Part shown: positions 9,823-22,648 of the stretch, piece after piece
Layout: the number at the start of each line of letters is the position of its first letter
How positions within the stretch are numbered: position 1 is the stretch's first letter
DNA from: Hyphochytrium catenoides
Lineage: Eukaryota; Protista; Hyphochytriomycota
Direction of reading: 5' to 3'
NCBI GenBank assembly: GCA_900088475.1
Contig: FLMG01003880.1
Coordinates: forward strand, 1 to 57,163
DNA length: 57,163 nucleotides
The notes under the pieces: generated by a model
Told to the model about the DNA's origin: nothing
The model's input: only the letters and a program-made list of their open reading frames with translations
Databases searched by the model: none
Position numbers and translations under genes: made by a program

Positions 9823-12202
9823 TCAAGAGGTCGGCCGAAACCCTCTTTGAGCAGGGATAAGACGTGCCGCCAGAAGGTACAGCTTATCGAGCATCTAAGA
9901 CCAATGGTTGACCAGAATCAAATACCAGCCATTCACCCGTGCAAGAAAAAAATGCCAAGTTAGCATGTGATAGACATGTCATCTGCAACTTTTGAGAGGC
10001 TGCCTACCTCCTGCGCATTGTGGTTGACCGCAAAAGCTTGGATAGCGGTAATGATCCTTGCGTCCTGCTTGAAAATCAGCTCTTTAAGAGCTGACCGCTG
10101 TTCGAGGGTGATCACCCCTTCTCTGTAGAGCTTGGCTGTTCCCTTCAAGGCGATAGCAATATGATACCGCGAGGAGAGCCTGACCGGTTGCGGATCATGG
10201 GCTGGAAGCGGCTCTAAAGGAATTGCTCTTCCCTCAACAACTAAGGAGGAAAATTCATCCTGCGACCCAGACGCTAAGGGTGCGCCTGCGTTTCGAAGAG
10301 ACTGAGCACCTCAGTACAACCATTTAGCCAGCCAAAGATGAGGGTACAACATACCCAATAAGCCTTCTTCGGTAAGGTCTTCCAAAGATCGCCGATTAGA
10401 AAAACGCCGATTAAGCCCGCTGCGTACTAAATTCTTTTGCAGCTCTGCCTGAGCGCCCTGAATAGAGGTCGCCACAGAGTGCTCTGCAACGAGTAAGAAT
10501 GAGTCCTCTCTGTGAACCCTTGTGAAGACATCATGAGGCAAGATGACTGCCCACCTGGTGTCAAGATGTGTTGAGAAACTAACTCCTCTAATGTGGGTCT
10601 GTGCTCTAGAAGGTGCTCTACTCTGTCCTTCGTCAGCTCGCGCTCAAGCTTGTGCTTGATAGGTTGTAGTGAAGGGGCCACATGGCCTGCATTCCATGGG
10701 CACTGTTAGCATTCCACGCAGACAGGACAACAGGCAGGCTCTAATATAGGATCCAGGAAAGTTAAGGGCTAGTTTACCGTCAATGATGCCGGCACCCTCA
10801 AGTTCCTCTTTGTTGGGCCGTGACTCCAGTAAATGGCTAACTTGGTTCTTCTTAAGCTCGTGATCCAGCTTCAGCTGAACTTCCTGGATGGCTGGCGCAG
10901 AATGTAACTCCTGCAGTGCCAAACCTTTCCTTAGCTCTTAGTATATAATATCAGGCATACATGATCTCTAACTCGAGCAAATGCAGCTCTTTAACATATA
11001 GGCCCGGGCTTGCTAACGTACAGGGATCACTCCTTGCTGCTGCAGCTCCTCCTTGGATGGCCGGCGGTCCAAGTGTTTCTTCATTTTATCCATCGTCATA
11101 TGCCTCTCTAACTCCACGGCTGTCGCGGCTAAATTTCCAGACGCACGCCTGCCTAGACCAGCTAAAACGCTTGATTAAGTTCCCAACCGGGAAGAGGATC
11201 ATGCCGCTAGATTACCTGGATCAACAACATGAGGCGCGACCTTCTCCATCTCTTCAGGCGGCGGCCGCTCCCCAATGAATTTCTCCACAACTTCTGCAAG
11301 TTCCTGTTTTTGTTGAGCTTGCTCTTCTACTTCTTCAGCACTCTGAGCCACTACAAGATAGAATATGGTCGGTCGCATGTTTTCTATAAAAGAAGGCACA
11401 ACTAACGCAGTGCCCCAACCTAAAATGCCGGCGTCCTTGAGCTCTTGAATGGACTTCCGACGCTCTAGAGTGTGCTCGACGACCGCTGGTTGCAAACAGA
11501 AAAGTTTGAGCCGAGATTTGACTAGGAGAGTCTACTAGACTGGGATGGTTTGAAAGATAGTGGCATAGCGCAGCACAAATTCTCTACGAGCGACTGAGAC
11601 AATGAGTGGAATAGGAAACTGCATAGCAACGCCCGACGGTCATTCAACATGGAGGCACCTTTGGTTTCATCTGGGGATGGAACGTCAAAAACGATTTCTC
11701 CGCTAGCGTCCTCTCCCACACTACTCTTACGGCGACTAAGCTTCCGGATAGGGCTCTTCGATGATGCATGCGTCCTTTTACTCTCCGCCTCGATCGCATG
11801 TTTAGGGGAAGGGGTGGAGGGTTTTGCCGAGGGCGACGTGGAGACACCTTCCTTTCTGGGAGACTTTGGCTTGGGGGAAGATGTTCTTATTGGAGAGGTG
11901 GCATTTTTAGTTGGAGACGCCAGCTTCTTGGAGGGACTTGCTGAAGCTGGGGAGGACGGCTCTTTACGTCCGGGCGACGTAGCTGCGGGCGGAGAATTTA
12001 GACCTTCGACGGCCCTTGAAGGAGAAGAAGGTGTGACCAAGGGAGTCGACTTCGAAGGGGATGATGCCTCCTTCTTTCGTGACGAGACTTCAGTCGTGTC
12101 CGTTGACTGGGGTGCAGCAGGCTGGGATGACGCAGCCCCATCCCTCTTTCCTGCTGCCTCCGCACTGGCACTACTTTTCCTATCCTTCTTCTTGCGTCCC
12201 AT
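9823..12202 (-). CDS. Multi-exon RPEL-repeat protein (putative G-actin binder) with an S/P/K-rich N-terminus
   Basis: About six RPEL-like units across GT-AG exons: LERRKSIQELKDAGIL, IGERPPPEEME, LDRRPSKEELQQQGVI, LESRPNKEELEGAGII, LEHRPTLEELVSQHIL, FSNRRSLEDLTEEGLL. ATG at 12202; the last exon reads MLDKLYLLAARLIPAQRGFRPTS* and ends at 9823. Confidence 0.8.
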
Positions 12203-13073
12203 TCTCAACCAAGGGAGAAGTCTGGCACAACATCACGTCAGGCAAGCGAAAGAATGGGGCTCTCAGGTCGGCTACCTACCCAAAGAAACTGGAAGGCGAT
12301 AAGATAAGACTCTGTATGTTTCACTCCTTCTGGGACTGCAGAAAGTATCAACCGGAGATAGACGTTGTGAAATTTGAAAACCGATCAAGGAGAACAAAGA
12401 AGGCGTCAAAGCCACGGATCTAGCGGTATCTCTGGCTGCCACTGCGCAGCAACTAAGGACTAAGGACTATGTCCAGCATCGTGCGGAATCTTTGTCGGGA
12501 AATCTGACGAAGCTCTGCAGACTGATGAAGCGGCCAAGATCTGCAGTTCTTTCTTCAGTTTTGCACTTCCTCGCCGCGAAAGCGTAGATTTATATCTAAG
12601 ACCGCTATTTACATTCCTAAATGGGAGGTTTCAAGTTCGTCTAATGCTCACACCTGTTGCCGTAGTAATACTCTGGAAGTGGTTATGCACTGATAGTTTA
12701 GCCCTACTATTACCAATTGGGGAAGCTTCTTTTCTATCACTATTCCTGACCATAACCGTTGTGATCCAGAATAACTAGATCTAGTTTGAAATTGGCGTTC
12801 AGGTTTCTCATCCCTAAGGTTATATTAGGGGGAGGAGGAGGTTGGGCGGGAGCTGAGGAGCGCAAAGATTTGATAGGAAGTGCAGTGACTTTCTCTTCCC
12901 AGCTCCCAGTTGAGCTCTGTCAAAGGGCCTCAGATGATCAGAAGGCAGTCTCTGGCGGGTTCTAGGTCGCACGCGATGGACCTCGGGCTAGATCTCAAGC
13001 GTAGGTAGATGCCTGTATGGACGGCTCTATCCAGAGGGGGAAGCTTGCCCAAGAAGTCCGCGTGCAATAGAGC

Positions 13074-16000
13074 ATGAATTTGTCCCCACTGAAGGAAAAG
13101 ACGGACAACATCCTAAACTCCTCGGTGCGACTACTCTGAGCCACACCGTGAAGTCTCTGCCGTGCACCTACTGACGGACTTCATTGATCCTCTCAGTACG
13201 ATGTCAAGGACAGGGTAAGTGTCTCTAAGCTCTATATGGTCGGCAAACATTCCATTGAGCTTCAAACCTGCGCAGCGGGACAAGTCGCTCAAGAGCCCAG
13301 GCGGAGGCTGAGAAGCATGCAAGCTCATCAAGCGGAGGAGCTCTCAGTGTGGGAAGGTGCGTCAGTCGATCCTGTACGTCGATCGAGAGGAACGCAACCT
13401 TATCCTTGTGCGAATTAGACGGACGGGTGTAAAGGCCAAAGAGAACCTGAAGCGGGATTCGATGGGCATGGAAGATGTCGAGGAGTTCTTTGCTTCGACA
13501 GATGATGAGAAAGACACTCCGAAGAGGAAGAGGTTGTCTTCAAGTAAGTTCAGCCATACTCTGTCTAGCCAAAAGCGGACTTTATGACAAAGCGCCAACA
13601 ATCGCGGCAGGGGGAGTGCCATCGAAGAGTTCGGATCGCCTGGACGAGGACATGCAGATCAGCTCCTCTGCAACAGAAAGGAGCCCAGTCACAAGATCCA
13701 GCAGAGATAGAACGCCAGTCGTCTCAAGGTCTTCAACTAGTCAGTCACGGTCCCCTCGGTCTCCTTATGATGAGAGTAAGTCCTATTGCTGTAGCAACGT
13801 GTCCTGGAACCGTCATTCGTGTCTGCTGTGCTGCCAAATTCTCCTTCCTGCCTCTTCCTCCACATAGCGTGCTTGGTCTGTCTCCTTTTCTAATCTTTAT
13901 GGCCAGGAGTACTGAGAACTGTCTGCGTAGGTACTTTAGAGGCTCCACAATTTGAATATGATAGCTCGGCCACCGAGGAGCAGGAGAAAGATGGACAGGA
14001 AGGTATGAAGGGCGTCGAAAATGACTCTGACGATCAGGCCGAAGGTATCTACATACTGGGAGGTCATGTGTCTGGGTCATCAACGCGACCAACGGCCATG
14101 ACAGATCGTGCTACCATGTTCCTTATCTGACATCGTCCTCGCCAGGGAAAAAGCAGCAAAAGAAGACCGCATCGCCCAGGAAGACCGCGTCTCCCAAGAG
14201 AAACGCATCTCCAAAGAAGACTGCGTCTCCTGGGAAGGGAAAGTCAAAAGCAGAAAAGAGGGGGAGAAAGTCGGCGAAAGTACGATCTCCTGTTCAGAAG
14301 AGGACTGTCACAAGCAGAAGTGCAGCTAAGAGTCGAGGTAGCCCGAAAAAGCGAAGTAAATCGATGTCTCGTGAGGAAAGAAGAGAGAGTTACATTCAAG
14401 ATCTCCCACCTGAACCGGTTGATAGTGACGGTTCTGAGGCCAATGGTAGGTGCATAGCAGAGTCAGGATTGGTGTACGCTTATGCTCCATTCCTTTACTT
14501 CGTGTATATCGTTCTCTGTCAACATAGAGTCTTTTAAGTTTAGGGCTGTGCCATTCTGACCTTAAGCTAGCTCCTTTTTTAGCTCGCCCATCTCACTAGC
14601 GCATCTTCCTATATGCTCACCTTCTTGGATTCTTTCCCGCTCGGCTCTCGTTGCAGGGGTCAGACGGTCCTCAAGGCGTCGTATTGCTCCTCTAGCGTGG
14701 TATAAGAATGAGAGACTTGTCTATGAGCGACAACAAGATGGTATAGGTGCTGCTCTACCTACAGTTAAAGGCGTCATCAAGAAGCCAGAACAACCTAACA
14801 CGTCAGTACCACGCCCCTCCCTACACACCTTATATGTTCGCTCTGCCTCCTCCTTTGTCGGTATGATGGCGACAGAGCCAGTGTCTAGACTCGCTAAAGA
14901 CTGAGAATGCATTCCTTAAGACCGTCTTTCTTAGGCCTATTTTTGATACAAGGCGCAAGCGACTCTCTCGTCCAGGTAAAGAGAAGCTGGTCATGCCTTC
15001 GTCACAGGGCAGCAAACTCCCCAAGGTGCAATTGCCGAAGGTGAGTCGCAGAGCCTTAGCTTAGTACGTTCCTCCTAACCAAAACCCCTTGTCCCCACTC
15101 TACCTAGAAACTCTATCTCTAAACTTCAACCTTTGCCTAACCTGGTCTTTCGCTTACATAGGGTTACAAGTTCATCAGTGGACAGTCGGCAGAAGTTTAT
15201 AACTCTCAGGACGAGACCATTGTAAAGCAAGGTGGACTGCTCCTTCATCGCCGTCATAATTAGTTCAACTCTCATCTCCCGTCTCTGTCAGTATGATCTC
15301 TCCTCTCGGTAAACCTGCTATAGAACTGGCGCGGCCTATCGTATAACATGTCCCCGCGACTCCCTTTCTCTCCTCTTTTACAGAGGTCGTTTGTCGCGGC
15401 TCCGCAATGGAGCGTCAGCCCCTCCCCGCAGCAGTCACTGGTAACACTACAGTGTACAACTCACATGCATTCTATATCCCTACCGCCGAGGTAATGCTGT
15501 TGACGATTTCATGGAGCAAGTGTGGGCCGGAGGTGCAGTAGACAATGGCGCAGGGTGGCGAATTGCCTGTGGAGGGAGAGAGGGACCAAAGAATGAAGTG
15601 CGCCATGAACTAGCTGGACGAGCATGAGTATTGGGGGTAGAGTTTCCAGGATTATTGGGTTAGGAGACAGAGGGGCTGACTTAAGGATCTCTCTAGGGCT
15701 CGCCCTTCCCAGTAATTATCAGTGGCGAGCTCGTGCTGCCTCCTGGAGGCATCAAGGAGGCAGAAGGCGTTGGTCTTTGCACCCAGGTACTATGTTATGC
15801 TGGGTAGTCCGTTCAGTCTACCTGCCGCTGATTCACCCTTTGCCTTCTTTTCCGACTACGGAATAGATGTTCCACGTGGTTGAAGCCCAGCCGGAATCCT
15901 TTGAGATGGCTCTTGCCTTGCCAGAGGATGAGGACATGTCAAGTGGCAACGCCCAGCGGTTCCTATTATCAAAAGGAGATTATTTTTACATTCCCCCTCT

Positions 16001-16283
16001 TAACATTTACCGGTAGGACCACCATCGATCCACCGACCGCCATCTCTCTGTGTGTTATTCCTTTGTCTCCGTCCCTGACCCTCGAGCACCGCACGCTGCA
16101 CAAGCAAGACATAATGATGCTTTGAATTGAACTTCCGAACTACCACTTTGCACCTGCTAACCTCCCTCGTTCTGACGCTTTAATGCATTCTACAGCCTGC
16201 AGAACCATTCGAAGACCGTCGCAGCAAAGATTACGTATTGCTTGGCCAAGGCACAACGCCTTCCGTCTAGTCAAGAAAGCTGA
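13074..16283 (+). CDS. CENPC: Centromere protein C (CENP-C/Mif2) homologue, multi-exon; start approximate
   Basis: The spliced N-terminal Mif2_N-like segment reads VGRRTGVK...RDSMGMEDVEEFF. The CENP-C motif VRRSSRRRIAPLAWYKNERLVYER starts at 14657. The C-terminal cupin reads SGELVLPPGGIKEAE...FHVVEA...GDYFYIPPLNIYRLQNHSKT...ITYC, with TGA at 16281-16283. Confidence 0.85.
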
Positions 16284-16828
16284 AGGACCAGAAGCGTATA
16301 TGGGAGCAGACGACTATCGAAAGACCATAGTGAGGAAGCGGTAGAAGTAGTAGAAGCTTATGTCAGTTGGCTATCATTTGAGCACCGACTGGCACACCAA
16401 GTGTACCATTAGTGTTCTAGAGGGACAGTTGCAGAATGTTGGTGTTGGACCAAGGAAGTGCATTGCTTGTCACGCTTGTGCCCCTACTCACTCTCTCCCA
16501 GTGCAGTTGTAGAGTGAGGTATGGCGGCGTTTGCTCTTATTTTATCGTTAAGAAGGGTGTTCCTTCCCCCTCTTGACCGAAGAGCAGGAAAGAAACGTCT
16601 TCAATGTCTATCTGTTGGCTTGTTGTCGCTTATGGTATCGGTCTCTCTCTCCCTCTTTTACAAATGTCTGCTCATAAAGGAGATTTGAAAGGACAGACGA
16701 GAGAGACTGCGTGAATGATGAGCAAAGTGATAGATTATGTTCACAGATGACCGCCCTCTCTGTCTTAGCACTATCAGTCCGTTTCTTGCCTTTTCTCCAT
16801 TGATGTCTTCCGTGAGTAGTGAAGGATG

Positions 16829-18053
16829 TTAGGCTGCTCTTTCCGATCTCAGCTCTTGTACAGCTGGAGCAATAGCTAGGAGCAGCTACACAGGGAAAGA
16901 CAAGAGAAAGTAAAAGTTCAGGAGACGAAATAGCTCTCTTCGCGGGCTCTCGTACGAGACGTCATGCCCTTTTCCCCAGCACTAACTACACCATAGCCTG
17001 CTCTGGGCTGTCTCTCTATTCGCCACTTACCTCTTCAAGTCTCTCTTGACTGGGCCTACCGTACATCTCAATCTCTTCTCTGCCATTGTTGATAAGGTCC
17101 GCAACTGTTCTCTGCATGCTATCTGCATCCTTTCCCAGCACATCTCTGTAAAGAGGGATCTTGCTAAGACTCTCTAGCCGAGAGTCAATATCTCTCATCC
17201 GTTGCTTGCGTTCTCTTTCCTCTCTCATCTCTGCAACGATGTTGACCTGCTATCCAATTGCAGTGTAAACGAGTGGAAAGAGAGATGAGCAATCAAAGAC
17301 TTGGTGAGAGTGAAGAGCTAATGTCCCAGCCGGTCAGTGGAAAGCGAAGATACCTTCTTTTGGCTTTCCAAGGGTGTCTCACTGTCTAGGAACTGCATCA
17401 ACCTTGTCTCGTGTCGTTGCTCTAGAAGCTCCTAATGAAAAAGCATTAGATCTTTTTTTTCTCAATCAAATATGCTCTCTCCCTTAATCTCTCGCCCTTT
17501 CTCATTTATCTTTTCTCTTTCTCATCTCTTTCTCTCTCTCTCTCCTCTCTCGCTTCCTATCCTGCTCCACCTATAACATGACCTACCATCAGTCTAGTGT
17601 CAATGTCCTTAAGTCGGCTCTGCTCCTCTAGACTAGGCTGGTATCCGTCAGTCTAGAGTGGAAAAAGAGTGAAAGAGTATCAGTAGCTGTAGGTGGAGAC
17701 ACAGACCGGCAAGAAGCACAATGGTTTTGAAAGCTGAAGGAGGAGCCGGTGGCTGGAAAGGTGTCAACTTCATTCAGTGCTCCGGTCATCGTATACTCCT
17801 ACCTTACTGATACTGCTGTCCAGGTCCTCAGACAGTATTGTCTGAACACGAATCTCTTCCTCCTCGATTAGCTTCTTCACCTTGCTGCATGCAAAATTCG
17901 GGTTAGGGGAGACAACGGACGGAGACCACAACGAAAAGAAGGTAGGGAACAACGTCAGACAGGAAGGAGCCACAAGCCTACGACCAGGCAAGAGTGGCTC
18001 TCAGAGCTGCACGTGACGGCTCACGAGATAGAGATAGATAGATAGATAGGTAG

Positions 18054-18087
<34 letters not shown>

Positions 18088-19336
18088 CGAGCGAGAGTGA
18101 GAGACGAATCAGGCAAGTAGAAGCTGCTGCGAAATGACCTGTACTGAGCATCATTCGTGGCTGGACCGGCATCTTTCTTGGCGATCTCAGGGGTTCTATA
18201 ACAATGATCAACGGCACAACAAAGAGTCAAGTGACAGGAATGACTTCAGAGAGTCCGGCATGGCGCACCGAGGACCATGTGATGCCGGTAGAAGCATAAA
18301 ATCACCAGTACCATAAACTTAACGATAGACTTTGCACTATGAGTGTTAAAGCACAGAAAGGAAATTACCTAGAAGGTGCACAAAGGGGCTCAACTTCCTT
18401 GACAGGAGCCGCAACTTTGTGGGCACTGCTGCTGGAAGTGGCGGGACACAGGACAGAGAGCTGTTAGACAAATAAGAGACGACGTACGAATTGGAGAGAG
18501 AAAGTGGCGGGACACAGGACAGAGAGCTGTTAGACAAATAAGAGACGACGTACGAATTGGAGAGAGAGGTGTGCGCCGTCTAAGAGCTACCCTGACGGAT
18601 GGGTGCGAAGGGAGAATGTGGAAAAGCGAGACCAAAAATGCAAGGCGCGCAAGGACTATTGATAAAGAACGTCGAGCGCTCGCTGAGAGTAGACGCGTGC
18701 GGGTCCGTCACCTGTCTTCGCTCCCTTTCCTTCTACGACCTGACTGCTCGGTTAAGAACGTCTTTTTGGTGGCGAGAGTCTTCCCGCTGGCTTTCGAGGT
18801 TGATGAAATGCCGCTACGGGCTGAGTCAGTCGGAGAGTCAGGCCGCGTACTCTGCCGTTCTTCTGCTTCGGAGAGAGATGACAGCTCCCGGGCTTGCTGA
18901 AATAGCAGGGGGACAAGGAGTGAAGGAAGGGCACTATGAGGACGACAGATGAAGGCACTATTTTCAGAGGTTAGCGTGACGGCACAGAGTCAAAGGAGAG
19001 AAAGAGGAAAGAGAAAAAGATAGGAGAGAGACAGAGAGTGCTAGGCCGATGACGACAGGTCACTAAAGATACCTTCGTCTTGTTGAGGAGCTCCTCATCC
19101 AACCTGAGGACTCTCTCCAACTCCTCCTTTAGCTGGAGGTCTGAGGTTGCCTCCATCAACAGCTTCATTGGGTTGTAGGGCCTCTCTGACTCCTGCGGAT
19201 ACGTTTGCTCAGACTCAACTACGGCTATCCAGCCTCTTCTGATTTATACATTTCGCTTTCGTAATGTACCGCTGTTCTCCAGTTTTCCTCCACAGACCGC
19301 ATAAGTCTACCTCTCTCTCTCTTTTTCTCTCCCTCT

Positions 19337-19375
<39 letters not shown>

Positions 19376-19391
19376 GCGCTCTCTCTCTCTA

Positions 19392-19437
<46 letters not shown>

Positions 19438-20577
19438 CTCCCCCTTACGTTACCTATCCAACTCCCAGACATAGAATATTCTCACTAGCTTCATATCTCA
19501 CATCCTTGTCGTGGCTATTTGTCCCCACTTGACAAGGTAACCCTGGCCCCCTGCTCCCACTTAGGTACATTGTTCTCGTCCCTACCTCAGCGGCAGGAGA
19601 GGCTGGACTGATCGGTGCGTCCTGTTCTCGCTCTTGATTGGACGGTGGGCCATCGTCGTGGACGACACTTACCACGAGGCTATCCTCTTTGTCCTCTGAA
19701 ACAGGCTCCGAAGGAGGAGGTAGTGGTTGGGAAGGTGTTGGGCTACATGCCGTTTCTCTCTCTACGTCGACAATAAGACTGAGATCTCTCTCATCTAAGC
19801 TCTCGACCAGCTCATCTCTAAAGCCCTCCTCCGGCGCCGCGAGCTAGATAGTAGCCGTTCGTAAGCGATGAACAGAAATGAGGAGAGAACAGAACTCTAA
19901 TGCTTCGGATGCAATGTCAAGATCTACACTATGGCGAAGAGGAAAAGAGATAGAGAAGCAATGACAAACACCCTTGTGAGGAGCCAGCAGGAGACTGCCA
20001 AAAGAGACATGAGAAGGCGAGCAAGGCTACTAACTTCTTCCTCCTCAACCGATGAGATCAAGTCTTCATAATTTCTCGAGAAGGTCTCGTCAAGATTCGT
20101 AAGGAAACAGGCATTAGACTGGGTTGGGATGTCATCTTCCACCGAGTTCTCCTTCTTCAAGGGTCGGCTAATCCTCTCTTTCTAAAGAGAAGGAAGGAGA
20201 GAGAGAAATAGAGCAGCTCAGCCGCTTAGACAACAGAAATGATACGCCAACGAGAGACCTTCCGAAGAGGGTGAGCTGTTTGAAGTCGTGTTGGACAGAG
20301 ATGGTGGAGCGACGGAAGAAGGAATTTCGAAGAGGAGGCCCTCAAGGTACTTTGTCTTACCGCTGTGCTGGGCCGCTTCTCATCTCTTGGTCTCCTGGAT
20401 GGAACTCTATCCACAGAGCTGGAGGTGATCAAACAAGTACAGTAAGCACAGAAGGGATGCACGTTGGCAAAGAGTGGCCGACCTTGGGGCGCTCAAGACT
20501 CGCAATTTCCCTGGCGACGGAGGGAGGACGGTTAGCGTGCCCTCACTGGGTGCCGGAGATAGTCTCTTCAGCGACAT
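16829..20577 (-). CDS. Multi-exon coiled-coil protein, possibly FSIP1-like; exon structure approximate
   Basis: Exon fragments include LKEELERVLRLDEELLNKTK, KTFLTEQ, EEEEIRVQTILSEDL, DGYQPSLEEQSRLKDIDTRL and EMREERERKQRMRDIDSRLESL, bounded by GT-AG sites. The family call is from recalled motif order only. Confidence 0.45.
18436..18567. repeat. 66-bp exact tandem duplication (2 copies), probably intronic
   Basis: aagtggcgggacacaggacagagagctgttagacaaataagagacgacgtacgaattggagagaga starts at 18436 and again at 18502. Confidence 0.9.
19310..19433 (+). repeat. (CT)n microsatellite
   Basis: Long CT run interrupted twice by agcg. Confidence 0.9.
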
Positions 20578-22648
20578 GGCCCACTGTCTTTGAGCTTTCC
20601 TAGGTTCAAACCATCATTCCTTTATCCTTATGATGCCTGTTCTTAAGGAATCTCTCAAGTCGGAAGGGTTACCGCCATCCAGCGCAAGGCAGAAGAGACT
20701 GCGTCATTAGGAGCTTCTTGACATTCCGTCTCTCCTAGTCACTGGCGTAGCGATGCAGCCTTCCTCCTTCAGGTCTTGGCATCACTCTCCTTCCTCCTCT
20801 GAATGGGGCTTCAGACAGCTCCGTGGCTGCAGTGAGAGGCGGGCGCAGCACTGGAAGGGAAGGCAGGCCAGGCAAGGAAGACAGAGCAGGAGAGAGGGCG
20901 GAGCAGGCCGAAACCCTTTATAAAAAGGGGGTTACAGAGGGACATTGATAATCGATAATCTGATTCTCACAGCCTCAAGTTCTGATCTGTGTTTCTGTCG
21001 CATGTTACAGAAAGCTGTGCGGACGTCCGTCACGCTCCTCTACTTTTTTCTCCTTCTCCATCATCATCATCGCACTTCTTCTTGCTAGCTGGGATCTTGC
21101 TCCCAAGGACAGTAGAAGCCTACTAGAGAAATAGAGCTCCGCGGCAGACAGGAAGAGAGTCTCATGATGGCATCATTATCGCTTGAGACTGTTACATCAA
21201 CAGCTGACTCTTTTGTAGCTATTTTTTGGGAGGAGTAGTAGTAGTAGTGCCGACGATGATGTTGTTGATGAGGCAATGAGAGACACAGCAGATAGAGGAG
21301 AGACACGACAGCTTCCTTTTACTAGGGAGGAGGACAATCAATTCCCTCTTCCTGAAAAAGAGACGGAACCAAGTCCAGATGTTCCAGCTTCCGCTTCGTT
21401 CCAGCAGGGCCCCTTATTCACTTAAGCTTGGTTGGTGGAGAGCAGTTTGATGAGCCGTCACAGGGCACTACCGCCATTGAACCACCTTCCCGGCTTGACA
21501 ACAATAGTCCGCACTCTGGGTCTCCCTACGCTTCCTGATAGCATGGGATGGACGGTTATTATTATTATATGATGGTAGTAGCGACTTGATGATGAGGCGC
21601 GAAAATTCTATAAACCCCTTCAGCATAACATTACTATTTATGACCTCTTCTTCTAATAATAATAATAAGGAAATGCTCTGCCACATAAAGAAGAGGTGTA
21701 CTCTAGTCCACCACTTTCTATCTCAGGCTTGGCGGTGACCTGGACGACACTCATCACTCGGTCAGAGCCGTGAACATGTTCACCCAGGTCTATCATCCTA
21801 GGTCCGCTGCTGCTGGTCGATCGACGACGATGATGATGAAGAGCTCCTCCACCCGGCGGCTCTTCTGCAGGTGCTTGCGCTAATAAGTTTTTTTGTTAGT
21901 GCTGGTTCTATTATTGTGGGGAGAAAGCAGTGCACAGAACTCTTATTGTTGAGTGCACGAGGCCTCATTATTATTTAGAAACTTATTAGCGGCGTTTCGC
22001 AAATCAGAACTGTAGTACGTGTGATCTATGTCAATCTAGGAGGCCACTACCCAAAAGTAAGATTTTTTGTTTATAAACAAAATCTGATGAGGGTAAACAA
22101 ATCTTGTGTTCTGACGGTGGTCCCTAGTAAACAAATTCTGTATGGAACCTGATGCTTTTGTACCTACACAGTCTGTACACCATTCTTTTAGAACGTTAGC
22201 GTGCTCTCCCTACCCCCATCTAGCCGTTAGCGACAGGAATTTAGGTATATACCGACTGCAAACATTTTTTGACACCATATATTATCCACCTGCCCACCCA
22301 CACCGCCTTCAAGCTCCCATTTTCAGTGAGATCACAAATGCCCACCCACATCCGAGTTCGATAAGCGGAAGTTCAAATGCCCCCACCCACCTTCCTCAAG
22401 GATCTGTGTGGGGGTGAGCCAGGGCACTTGTTCTTTTATAAAGAGTAATATAAAAGAGAGGAAGATTGGTACTGAGCAACACTTTTTGTTAGTAGATCAA
22501 CAAAAACTTTTGTTAACTTTATAAAAGTCAGCAAGGGCGGGTTTCATTATCCAATTTTCCTTGGCTGAGTGAAAACGGTATAAAACCTTTTTCGCCCAAA
22601 TATCTTTGTTTGAAACCGACTTCCCGTGGCGTTTGTCTCATCGAAGCA

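Noticed and set aside
11649-12302. Long antisense ORFs opposite real genes (also 4206-4760 and 46790-47194)
   Set aside because: They are shadow frames of well-supported genes on the other strand.
22084-22135. CTGATGA as a hammerhead ribozyme core or C/D snoRNA box (also on the minus strand near 54950)
   Set aside because: There is no correctly placed stem II plus GAAA, and no convincing terminal stem or guide sequence.
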